A stretch of 62,853 nt of DNA, counting the filler, from Rhabdomonas costata (taxonomy: Eukaryota): the NCBI GenBank assembly GCA_019059605.1. It is 32 parts of 32 records of this genome, joined end to end, with 100 filler letters (N's around TTAATTAATTAA, not from the genome) between each part and the next. Parts side by side here need not be neighbours in the genome. Positions count along the whole stretch, not along the records: positions 47,225 to 49,090 come from JAHMHO010007991.1; positions 49,191 to 51,056 come from JAHMHO010007992.1; positions 51,157 to 53,023 come from JAHMHO010007993.1; positions 53,124 to 54,990 come from JAHMHO010007994.1; positions 55,091 to 56,953 come from JAHMHO010007995.1; positions 57,054 to 58,920 come from JAHMHO010007996.1; positions 59,021 to 60,887 come from JAHMHO010007997.1; 25 more parts are not named here. One strand, written 5' to 3'. Positions 48,435-60,987 of the stretch are shown here, in pieces (position 1 is the first letter of the stretch; the number at the start of each line of letters is the position of its first letter). Made by a program: the position numbers and the translations under genes. A model generated the notes under the pieces. That model made no database searches. It was not told where the DNA came from and worked only from the letters and a program-made list of their open reading frames with translations.

Positions 48435-49823
48435 GTGTGGTTTTATTTCTGCGGTCATCCTGAAGTACGGCAGCGAGTTTTTAAAGACAGGTGCACTGTG
48501 TGAGGCACAAGTGCAGCACTGAGCTCATGTGAGTCATTATCTCATTCGACTGCTTTTTCCTTTACCAGTCTGGCGAACACATAAAAAAGTGGCTTTTCTT
48601 TCCTTTTCCGGAAGCACATGCGTCCCACGTTCAGGTAAAGGGACGACAGTTTTTCCTTTTCCTGTCAAGGCGGATTTTCTTACTTTGGTAGGAGTGCTTG
48701 CTTGTTTAGATTCTGCCCAAGACTTGCACGCAGAACTATAGAAGTGTGATCTCAACGCTGCACCTAGACACCCCGATCGCCCCCGCGTCTCACCTAAGCA
48801 CTCCAATTGCAGCAACCGTTTTTGCAGTTTTGAGAGGTAAACGGCGTTACTCTTGATGCTGAGCGTGGTACAATTGCGAATCTTAGCCGTAAGCCTGTAA
48901 GGCCCCCTGCGAAAGGGGAATCCATTGTGCGCCGCCCTTCCGAGGCTGACGCCTCTCTTAGTTTTCTCTACCGTAGCGGAGTTCAATGGAGAGATTTCGG
49001 ACACCACTGCCAAACCCGCCCCAGAGTTTGCACCTGCTGGGGGGTTGCACGCTCTTTCCTTTTTATTTTGAGCGTGGGGGACCAACCAACNNNNNNNNNN
49101 NNNNNNNNNNNNNNNNNNNNNNNNNNNNNNNNNNTTAATTAATTAANNNNNNNNNNNNNNNNNNNNNNNNNNNNNNNNNNNNNNNNNNNNGTGTGGGGGG
49201 GATCACCACATTACAAGCTCTCTGGAAAGATTTTGACTTTCGGGGTGGGATGGGGAAGCGTGCTACGATGTGCGGAAAAAAGGCGAAGGGCACAGAGCCG
49301 GTTCCAAAGCTTCCTAGGGGACACTCGCAAGCCCCTTGGCTCCCTTCCTGCTGCCTTGGGAGAGGCGGAGCCAGTGGGGCTGGGGAGTGGAGTGGGGGCA
49401 ATGCTCCTGAAAGGGTCGCAAAACAGGCACACAACTGAGACCGATTCTTTTCTTTGTTTGGTTTTTGCGTGATCCAGTTCCCAACAGAACCCCAACAGAA
49501 GTTTGTCTCGGGCATTAAAACGTCATTGAAATTACTTGACAGGCCGTAAAAACGTGATGGCAGTGTGTAGTGAACCATTCGCGCTGTATGTGGTATGTTG
49601 TGTTGCCTCAACTTGTCGAAGGAAAACAAAACCTTCTCAGTTTGCACACAAAACAACCTGCATTCGTAAAATTCCACAAAGGAAAGACAGCGTCAAGGTG
49701 ATAGCAACGTGAGATTATAAAGCAGATTATAAAGCAGAATGCAGGATATGATAAAAGCAACGGCCGTGTTTTCGGACCGGAAAACGCATCAAACTCGAAA
49801 AAGGCGGATGACAGCACGCAAAC

Positions 49824-50865
49824 CTCTCCAAGGCGGCCCTGGGAGTCTCCACAGCAATAAACGTCTCGTCCAGATCCTTCGCAACGCCAGGTTGGGACAG
49901 GAAGGACGGAGACGCGGACACAATCCTGGGATTGCCAGGAATTTCCTCCAAAAGACCGTGAAGGTCCATTGAATTTTTCATCGCCATTGAGGTCTCGCCC
50001 TTGAAAGAAACCAGAAGGAAAGAGTCGTGGGACGAGCAAACAAAGACTTCGGAAATCGGGCGACACGAAAAGAGCCAACGACGTGATACCGGGAGGAGAG
50101 GAAAGACCTGAAACCGCAGCTTTCGCGGAATCGTCTTCTTCGCGGGCATTGTGAGGTGGATCTTCGCAGAAGGAGCGAAGGACCCCACCTATGAAACCAT
50201 CAACCGAAAAAAGGGTGGAAAGGACCGCTCCCACCAATAGAATGCAAACCACCAGACAAGGTGCGCCCAGGAGAACCCCTGCAGTCCACGCCATCGAATG
50301 GAGAAAATGGGCAGCAAGCGTAATCTAATCGTAATCTTAACGGTGTATAGTGCTAGTATCTTGTACAACAGCTGCCGTTTCATCACTTCTTTGCCTCTTC
50401 TGTATGTTTCGGTGGATGGTGTCCTTTATGACTCCGGAGACTCAGAGCCGTTCTTGGTTACCACGCTGTTATCAGCACGCGAATTATCAGCTGAATGACC
50501 TGTCCGCGATGGTTCAAGTAAAAAGCGAAATGCTCAGCGTTAGGTTTTGTAGTCTCAGGTCGCAAACATAGAGTAAACCTGCAGTAGGGCGGTGGTCAGA
50601 GGAAGGCACACAACTCTGCCTCGGGATCGGGGTGATCAGTGAACCAAGTCATGGCGGGGTTCAGGCTGATCACCACGTCGGTCCTGCTGACCGTAAGCAC
50701 CGTGTTGGCCTGCAGGCCCAACGGCGAGGGAAGAGCCGTCGCCGAGAGGCGCCTCAGCCGAACGGTGCGGTGGTAGGCCCTCCGGGCAGCCAGAGCATCC
50801 ATCTCCAGTTGGGCCTCGAGGTAGTCCAAGGCAGCCTCCCATAAAGCGAGCTCCGGGCTCTGCCC
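49824..50865 (-). CDS. Hypothetical protein (partial, several exons)
   Basis: GC-rich splice-bounded blocks 50865-~50620, ~50188-50108 and 49999-49824; no family recognised. Confidence 0.45.
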
Positions 50866-51230
50866 CTGTGGAAGCGCAGTGCAGCAGAGTAAGCGGTGTC
50901 GGGTTTTCGCAAGCGGAGCAATCAAATATTGCGATCGAGAAGGATGCAACATCAGAGTGCACAGAGGGCATGCGGTAATGCGCAATTTTGACATCGACGC
51001 TCCGCTCGGATGTTACCACGAGTTTGGTTTCGCAGCAATTGTGAAGAAGAAACACANNNNNNNNNNNNNNNNNNNNNNNNNNNNNNNNNNNNNNNNNNNN
51101 TTAATTAATTAANNNNNNNNNNNNNNNNNNNNNNNNNNNNNNNNNNNNNNNNNNNNCCCCCCCCCCCGATACACAAATGATTTAAGGGAGAACTGCTGGG
51201 GTGCACCGGTTAGGAAACTGCGCGAGGTAC

Positions 51231-51385
51231 GTATCCGCCAGGTGGGCGGCCTTGGCCATTCTGGCGTCGAAGCAGTGCGGCAGCTCGTCGTGCTGCATGA
51301 ACAGCCAACGGGCGAGCTTGGACCACTTGCGCGCGCTGAACTTCTCTGGGGACTCCTTGGCCCGCGGTCCGTGCTCAATCGCCGC
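51231..51385 (-). CDS. ATG9: Autophagy protein ATG9, internal exon
   Basis: AG/GT-bounded; SPEKFSARKWSKLARWLFMQHDELPHCFDARM matches the ATG9 pattern P..L..R.WS..A.W.F..FNELPH.F..RL. Confidence 0.75.
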
Positions 51386-51877
51386 CTGACCGAAGCGAAA
51401 TAAAAGTTAAGAAAAGAAATCAGATTCCTGCTTTCTGTTGATAAAATTGGACTGTCATTTTGCTTTCCTAGCAAACACTGTTGCTGATCAGTAACGTATG
51501 CCCTTCTTTTAGCAATCTGCTCAGAATATTGGGCTCAGTACGCACACCCTTCAAAGGTTCAAAAAGTGCCCACCCCTGCCCTTTGAAACGGGTTCACAAA
51601 CCATTCAAGATGTGGCATGATCCCCTTTCTGCTGATCCCCTTTCCCACCTGCTTTCCACTGCAGATGCATTCTGCCTGCTTCCCACCTCACTCGCTTCTT
51701 AAGAACACGGTTGGTTCACAGTTTTCTTCATCTTTTTCTTCCCCATGTGCTCATATGCCCACGGACAAGGCATTGGCCATTCCAGTTGTGAAATGTGTAT
51801 GGGATAGGGGGAGGTTGGCTCCTTCTTGTGTGAAGTGGAATGGCCGTGCTACTTGTGTGCGAAACTAATTAAAAAAG

Positions 51878-52819
51878 GGAAGTGGGCACTGGTTTCGAAC
51901 AACGGCTCCCTACTGCTCGCCTCCGTGAACACCACACTGTTCCCCTTTGGGACGTACACGTCGATCTACGACACGTGGTTTGGGATCTGGGAGCTGACGG
52001 TGTGCGCGTAGGGAGGGAGGGGGTGCCTGCCTGCGTGTCGTATCTGGGAGTGGAAATCGGGTGCACGCAATCTCCCGTTGTCTCTGTGATGGCCCCACTT
52101 GCATGAGCTTCGCCAGAACTGTCCATCGGTGATTGTCCTGCCTTGCGCTGGACGACAGCCTCATAGTTGGAGTGCAGACTATTCGTTCCCCTTGTGGAAA
52201 TCAAGGGGTATCAAATGATTGGCCGGCGCGTTTGTTCAGTCCGTGAACTCTTGGTGGTGGGTTTGTGTCAAGGGATTTAGGATTCATGCACCTTCGGGGA
52301 TCGTGGGGATAGGGTGTCACGTGCCCACAGTGCGGGTACGCATGGCGGGACGAAGGTGGACGAAGGATTAGCCTTTTTCTGCGGGGGCCATTTGGTTTTT
52401 GCCCCTAAGGTGACAAAGTCTGCTGGTTGTGTGTTGGTCGAGCTAAGAGGACCTGAGAGGAGGGGGTGAGCTGCGAACTGAGCGGATGGCTTGTGGAGAC
52501 ACCCTTTCCCGTTTTGCGGCACAATTCTTATTTGTGGCACACGCCATCAGAGTGTCCCCATGATCTCCGAGGGAGGCCGCAAGCTGATGACGATGCACAA
52601 CTACGACCTAACCTCGCTGACGACCTCGCACACCTACGTATGCCCTTCCCCTCCCCCCCTTTTTGCGTGAACTTTTGCTGGTGCAGATTTGGGTGAGTGG
52701 TGGGCCATCGATTTGGATTGTCCTGGTGGCTGCCTCTTCCTCAGGACTATTACTACGGGGACACAAGGGGGTTAATGACGGCAGCGAAGCTGGACTTGAA
52801 GCTCCAGGGGGTCTACCAG
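51878..52819 (+). CDS. Hypothetical protein (exons ~51878/51883-51999, 52551-52637, 52687-52692, 52745-52819)
   Basis: Phase-0 GT-AG chain: WALVSNNGSLLLAS..WELT-SVPMISEGGRK..SHTY-IW-DYYYGDTRGL. Confidence 0.55.
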
Positions 52820-53159
52820 GTTGGTTGGGGATAAATCTGCATACCCACCAACGCACTGATTTCAACAGGATTTCAACAGGAACGCTGGTGGAGATCGCAT
52901 AGTGCTTCTTGTTGAGCGGTAAGTTAAGAAAAAAACAGAACGCTGCGAGAGAGAGTGGGTCACTCACCTCCGCACAATGTGTATTAGTCTGTATTAGCAG
53001 CTTCATAGCATCATAATCTAACANNNNNNNNNNNNNNNNNNNNNNNNNNNNNNNNNNNNNNNNNNNNTTAATTAATTAANNNNNNNNNNNNNNNNNNNNN
53101 NNNNNNNNNNNNNNNNNNNNNNNGGGGTGGTGGCATTGACTGATTGTTCACTCGTTTCG

Positions 53160-53252
53160 TACGGTTTTTAATGGTTTTATCTTATATTCAACTGGTTTTA
53201 ACTGGTTTTGCCTAGTTTCTCAGTGGTTTTGACTGGTTTTAGACCGGATTTT
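53160..53252. repeat. Degenerate ~10-bp tandem repeat (ACTGGTTTTA-like)
   Basis: acggttttta, atggttttat, actggtttta, actggttttg, agtggttttg, actggtttta. Confidence 0.7.
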
Positions 53253-53741
53253 GGGATTCCGGTCTCAGGTAGAGCCCCCCCCAAGGCAATAGCGTAGTGA
53301 ATGTTATCGAGGTTCCTATGTGTGGCGTAGTCCTCACCGTGTTAGGTTTAGGTGGAGAAAGTAGGAAAGGAGACTCCAAGAGAGGACGCAAAAGACCGGA
53401 AAAATGCAAAAGATGAGTTGAGCGGCGATCGAATCGTGCACACGCAGCTTGCGTGCTGGAACGACCTCCTGCTTTAATTTGCATTCTGATTGACTCGCCT
53501 TCCGACTTTCTGCTCATAATGCAATTATGTGAGCCCGGCGTGACGTTCACAAAGAAGAGTTCTGAGACCTTTTTTGAAAGCAAAACTTTTGAAACCTTTC
53601 GGTGGCGAAGGGAAAAGAAGGGAAGTAGAGACGATGAGACGATTTCCTGCCGAGAAGTGGGAAGGCCTGGTCCTTCTTATGGTCCTTCTTATGCGTGCTT
53701 TGGGTTGTTCATTGTGTGTGCGTGACAATGATCGCTGGTAG

Positions 53742-54989
<1,248 letters not shown>

Positions 54990-56067
54990 CNNNNNNNNNN
55001 NNNNNNNNNNNNNNNNNNNNNNNNNNNNNNNNNNTTAATTAATTAANNNNNNNNNNNNNNNNNNNNNNNNNNNNNNNNNNNNNNNNNNNNTTGGTGTGTT
55101 TGGGTTGTTGTGTGGGGGTGGTGTCCGGGAAGGGGGGGTTTACCCATATCTAACTGCCCTTTAGGTTTTCCGTCAAGAAAACTTTTCGTGTCCATCAATT
55201 TTAATGCCCTTTTGAATGAGATACCCTCCTGCAATCGTGAGGGGGAGGGGGGAGGGGTGAGCCAGAACTGTGTTCTTGTTTTCATGTGTGCATGCGATTC
55301 CTTGCGATGTTGCAATGTTTGCGTGTGCGTGTGGGTGGGTCAATCGATTTCTTCATCGCCTTGGCGAGGGGGGGGGGTTTTTCCGAGAGCAGTCCTAGTA
55401 TCAAGGGTCCCCAACGCCGTTCAAGAAATAGTTCCCGTAAGTAGCCTGCCAGGTCAAGACTGTTGTTCTTTCTCAGTTTCTGGTCGAAACCTTCAGTCCT
55501 CGTCTTGCATGCACGCACAGTAGTGTTGCCATTCGGGAGTGCTCGCCATCTGTTTTCCACCGTTCGCGGGTAGTCGTTTCTGCTGTGCTTAAAAATGTTT
55601 TCTTCGACCGCCTATTCGTTTGCGTCGTTTGTGTGTAGTGCGTCTGTATTTTGTTCGTCTTTGGTTTAACCTTTCGCTTGGTCGTTGTTTGCTCGTTCTG
55701 GTTTTCACAGCTGGTCATGGGACTATTGTAAGTTGTCGTGTGTCTTACTTTCGCGCCCCTACCCCCCCGCTTCTCTCAGCCTGGCATTACCCCTCAGAGG
55801 CTGTTACTTTTTCTCCTTTTTTACTCCTCAGTTTGCTGCAGCCCCTTTTGATACACTTTCTTTTCTTTTCCGGTGGCCAAATATCGTCGATGGCCCTGCC
55901 ACAGTTTTCACATGATCCCAAAGTTGCTCACAGGGACTTTCGTCCCTGTGACTGTTTTATGTGCGTGTGGACTGTTCCTGAGGGTACGGAAAACCAATCT
56001 AATTCGGGGCACAACGGTGAGTATCAGGTCAATGATTTGTCTGCGGCCATTATGCGTCTGCGGTGGT

Positions 56068-56128
56068 ATGTGTGTGTCCTCTGTGTGTGTGTGTGTGTGT
56101 TTGTGTCTGTCTGTGTGTGTGTGTGTGT
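56068..56128. repeat. Imperfect (GT)n microsatellite
   Basis: tgtgtgtgt runs interrupted by short spacers. Confidence 0.85.
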
Positions 56129-57366
56129 TCGCGCGCGCTCGTAGTCGCCCGCGCTGAGTCGGGAGTCTGTGATGACTACTTGGGTGGCATTTTGCCACCG
56201 CTGTGTGTGGTGCGCGGGATTTTTAGGATGACGGATCATTCGATCCCTCCCCTTCACCCCAGCAGGTACATACGGATCCACCCCTTTTTCCAAAGAGGAA
56301 GTCTTCACGCGGGTTGTTGTTTTCAATTTTCTGCACAAACTTCTGAGACCGTGCTGGCATAATGGTGCGTGCGTGTTTGGGAATGGGGGGTGGGTGGGTG
56401 TGAAAGAAGTCGGGTATATGGCTGACAGGAGCTCAGTCGTTTATCCTAGGCTCACGTGTGGCTCTAGCTTTTCTGGCGTTTCCCCCCCCGTATGGATAGC
56501 CTTTCGGCTTTCGGCCTTTCCTCCCCCGTGGTGTTGCCCCCCGTGGTGTCGTCTGTTTCCAAATTTATAGTATGCATGCGCGTGTTCCGTCCCTTGATCT
56601 CTACCAAAGTTTGTGTGTGTGTGTATGGCCAAGTGCACAAAGTCGGTAAATGGGAATGCTCTGATGGTCTTTCTGTGGCCTTGTTTAGAACAAGCATATC
56701 GTCGTGGTGGGCGTTGCATTGGGGTTGCGAAGGTAGGCCCAGACTGGCCTATCCGAATTTACTTTGGGCCAGTAGCGGGCATCACTTTGCAGTGCCCTAC
56801 CCCTGCAACTGCAAGCAATTGTCTGTGCACTGAATGACACTTTTCCTTTGCCCATTCTCCGATTCAAGCGAATATGTTGAAGTGTTGAAGGAAAATGTGA
56901 GGTGTGGCTACTGCATATGCAAATGCAAAACGTTTTTCCCAACACCACAAACANNNNNNNNNNNNNNNNNNNNNNNNNNNNNNNNNNNNNNNNNNNNTTA
57001 ATTAATTAANNNNNNNNNNNNNNNNNNNNNNNNNNNNNNNNNNNNNNNNNNNNTTTTTTGTGTTTCCCAATCTCCGATCGCGGTGACTTTGGGGCTGCTT
57101 CTCTTTTCACTTTCCTGTTTCGCGCGTGAAAGAAGCTTTCTTTCCTGCTGCTGATATTGTTTTGCATTTGCAATGATACTTACCTCTTCCTGGAACCTGT
57201 GTCCTTTTCGGGGCTCCATCCAAAGGAAGGAGGTTGTTTTTAGTGTGGGGAAAAGGGACTTTAGTGGGTTTTTGGGAGATTGATTTCCGGGTCATGGCGC
57301 TGAGCCCGACTGGCGGTTTCGCACTGTCCCTGCCGGGCGTCACTTGCCCTCTTGTCGTGTTTTCAG

Positions 57367-58660
57367 GATCACGGTACAGACGGTGACTGATATGCGCCAG
57401 GTAACCTTCCGATTCCCAATGAAGCCCCTGGAGGCTCGCTACAGGTCCTCTTGGGGGTTTTCATTCGCCACGTGGCCTCCCCTCCCTTCACCTTATTATC
57501 CTCGTCTTATTGCTGAGGCAGCGGCGAACTAATTTATTTCTGAGACACTGGTGAGCATAGGCCAGCACCATGTCAGTCCCTTACCGTAACCATTGCTTTC
57601 TACATACATTTCGCCATCAAGCGTTTAACAGCGTGTTCATTTTCGCAGCCTAAAACGTTCAATTTGGTTTGGAGCTATTGTGCATTTTTTGACGGGGGGA
57701 TTTGCGGAAATTATGCTGTCATCAGATGACGCTTTAAGACGGAGCCGAAACGGACTGAAGGGTTTAGAAAGCGGGAAGCACTCCAACGGACCCCAAACAT
57801 CTTCTCTTGGGTTATGAGGCCCCTCCTCCCGTCACATGGCAATGTACATTGCCTTATTATTGCATTTGAGAGATTTGCACTGCTGTGCCTTCTGACCTGT
57901 GAAGGTCTTCGTTGGATTGTCGAACGCTTTCTTGATTTACTCTGAGAGCGGTTTGGGCTTCTCATGGCGTGTGGTTAACAGGGTTGGCACCCGAAAGGCA
58001 ATCCGTATTAATCACTTTATTGGAGATATGCTTGGCGACATGCTCTCACCACTCTCCCCATATAGAAACGCTTTTTGGGGATGGCTTGCCAGCTGCCAGG
58101 TGCATCCCTCCCTGCACCACAAGCATTGACGCGAATAGCCCGCATGACGCTTACCCCGAATTGGAGGAGTTTCTAATTGATCAGCCACCGGCTGCCCCGT
58201 GTTTCACAGGGCACAGGTTGGGCAGCTTATGTCGTACCTCATGGGGACTAAGTATCCCAATGGTCTGTACAGCGTGCTCAAAGCCCTTGGCCTGATTTCA
58301 AGCATCAGCGTTTCGGTATGTGTCCATCGTTTCTGTTGGGTGGATGTCCCCAAGTTGTCACCCGTTCTTTTCTTCGTCGTTCGCCTCCATTCCTGCAGGT
58401 GCTTACTGGGTGTCGTGTTCCGGCACAAACGCACACAAACACCAGCCTGGTTCTTTTGTGGTGTAGTAGTAAACAGGGCTAATGCCCATCAAGGGACCTC
58501 ATGATTACTGAATTGCACGTTTCTAATGTCAGGGGATATGCGTGCCCTCTGTGGACCCTTGACATTCTCTTGCTTCTTGTAGACGGAAGACCTCTCGTAC
58601 GTCACCATTTTGGGGGTCTCCTTTTCCCTCACGGAGGCTGGACTGAGCAACATCACGGAG
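57367..58660 (+). CDS. Insulinase / insulin-degrading-enzyme-like M16A peptidase (partial, 3 exons)
   Basis: Exons 57367-57444, 58210-58315, 58583-58660; VTDMRQVTFRFPM..Y, LMSYLMGTKYPNGLYSVLKALG and FSLTEAGL align by eye to IDE IKDIRNL.VTFP..YLGHLIGHEGPGSLLSELK..DLTEEGL. Confidence 0.72.
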
Positions 58661-59037
58661 GTGCACACCGTTTAAGCACCCCTGCTTTGATTTGCTTGAC
58701 TTGCACTTGATTTTTTATCGATCGCATGAGAATAGCTTCGCATACGTATGCATGAATAGATTCGTTGTGCTTTGCGCAGCCCGCACGTCGGCTTCTTCTT
58801 TGTGCATCTTTTTGCGAGCGCTAGATGGGGGCTACCGAAGGTAACCGCTATTCCCTCGTTTGACCCCGTAAGCTCGCCAAAGGGCGGCTGAACCACAGCC
58901 GCCGGCAGCCCACGTAACGCNNNNNNNNNNNNNNNNNNNNNNNNNNNNNNNNNNNNNNNNNNNNTTAATTAATTAANNNNNNNNNNNNNNNNNNNNNNNN
59001 NNNNNNNNNNNNNNNNNNNNGTTGGTTTGGACATCTG

Positions 59038-60100
59038 TTGGAAGATGACCACATTGTTGTTTCAGCTTCCGTAATTGCGGAAATCATTCAAAAGTACTAC
59101 GATTTCCATGAAGCTGGACATTGGGGAATTCACCGCACCGTAGCCTTGATCAAACGTTGCTACTTATTTCCACACATCAAGCAACGCGTCTGCAAGTATG
59201 TCAATACCTGCCACCAGTATCAACTAAGTAAGGCAGAGCACCATCTACAGCGTTGTTTACTGGAAGCTCTTAAGATCCATAAATGGAAATGGCAGTTTGT
59301 CTCATTGGACTGGACAAACGTTGACGATTGACAACTACCCTATGGTCTTTGACCAGATCCGGTAATCGACAGTGAAAAAAAATGGTTCAACTGATCTCAA
59401 CCAACAACAACCACACCACCTAGATGACAGCAGCTCAGTTTTTGGATGCCGTTGTCAAGTACCATAGGCTATATATAGGGATCAGCGTTTCATATGCGCA
59501 CGTCTTGGCAGACAGTATGCAGAGCCTTGGACATCAAAAGACAAGCTTCAACCACGTACCATAAACAGACTAACGGACACGCTGAACGGACTAATCTTAC
59601 ACTAAAGCATGTCCTCAGAATACTGCAGATCCAACGACCTACCTTTTCTTGGCTTAATCACATACTGTTGGCTGGAAATGGCCATCAACAACACTCCAAT
59701 TGCAAACAAGGAGTTAGTCCCTACTACCTGAACTACGGATTACACCCTTTTTTTTGGTGATGTACCAGATGCTACCGACCAGTCAAGGAGTTTGTCAAGC
59801 GTTTGGAACAAGGTTGGAAAGACATTCAAGCCGCCTTTGAAAAGAACCAAGCAATCATGGTAGCTCGTGCCAACAGAAAACGACTGGACTACGAGTTTCG
59901 CGTTGGTGATCTGGTACTGGTCAACAAGACCAAACATCAGCAAGCGTACATGGGACCCAGTTAGCCATTGTCATCGAGAGCAGTCCTACCGTTTTCGATT
60001 GAAAAGATAATGGGTCTCACGTCCATGCGTCTTGAAATCAACTTCGAAATGATTGTACACGAGACCTCTGTCGTCCACACCAGCCAAATTATTCACCAGG
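59038..60100 (+). mobile_element. Decayed Ty3/gypsy integrase
   Basis: Zn-finger remnant (EAGHWG..TCHQY), KWQFVSLDW, STTYHKQTNGHAERTN, SPYYLNYG and FRVGDLVLV, with stops and frameshifts. Confidence 0.88.
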
Positions 60101-60987
60101 CACGTGTCCTGGACACTGTTTGTTTCCTAAGGGAAGGCAAAGACTAACATGACGCCTACGGCAGTCCTTCTCAACCTGAACCGCTGACTCCATCCAATGA
60201 TCATATGGTAGATCTATTGGCCCTCGCGCGTAGAACAACGAATGGGACCGGAAATCTTCGAAACCAACCGTTGGCCAGCATCAAATCCCACCGAACCATT
60301 AACAACTCACCATGAGTCGTGTGCCATGGAGCCATTCCATCTAGTGTGTGAGCATTCACTTCCAATGGTGTGGGCGTTCAGCCCCGTCGTTACCAGCTAA
60401 CGAAAACTTAGACAAATAACCCTTTGAAATCAAACGTAAAGTACGCAACCAAACGCCCATGAGCTCTGCAAGACCATTGTTTCTAACGACACCACACGCT
60501 CCAGACGAACCTCATGAGTTGCCTGCCTGGGACCATCCAGTACCTAACGCGCATCCAGTGTCATCGCTAACGGAATCTGCACCTTGCAACCTGTCGTTAC
60601 TGAGCCCACTACCTCCGGGGGATTTTCCTCCACTAACGTATGAGGATGACAATTCACCACCCTGGCACGAGTTTGATCCCACGTCTATCCAGGACACCAC
60701 AACATACAAGGTAGCGCGCTGGATTTGCACGGCTCGAGCCTCAACCGAAGGCAATGCGTTTGCATCCGCTATACAGCCTTCAGTGGTTCCAGTACCAAGT
60801 CCTAATGCATTAACTCACCTCCAAGTGTCCTTAAATGCAGTCACTACCGATGCATCCGTCGGTTCACCAAGATTTGGAAACCCACACNNNNNNNNNNNNN
60901 NNNNNNNNNNNNNNNNNNNNNNNNNNNNNNNTTAATTAATTAANNNNNNNNNNNNNNNNNNNNNNNNNNNNNNNNNNNNNNNNNNNN

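Noticed and set aside
55904-55960. SHDPKVAHRDFRP resembling a protein-kinase HRD loop
   Set aside because: No other kinase motif or phase-consistent neighbouring exon found; the catalytic-loop Lys and Asn are absent
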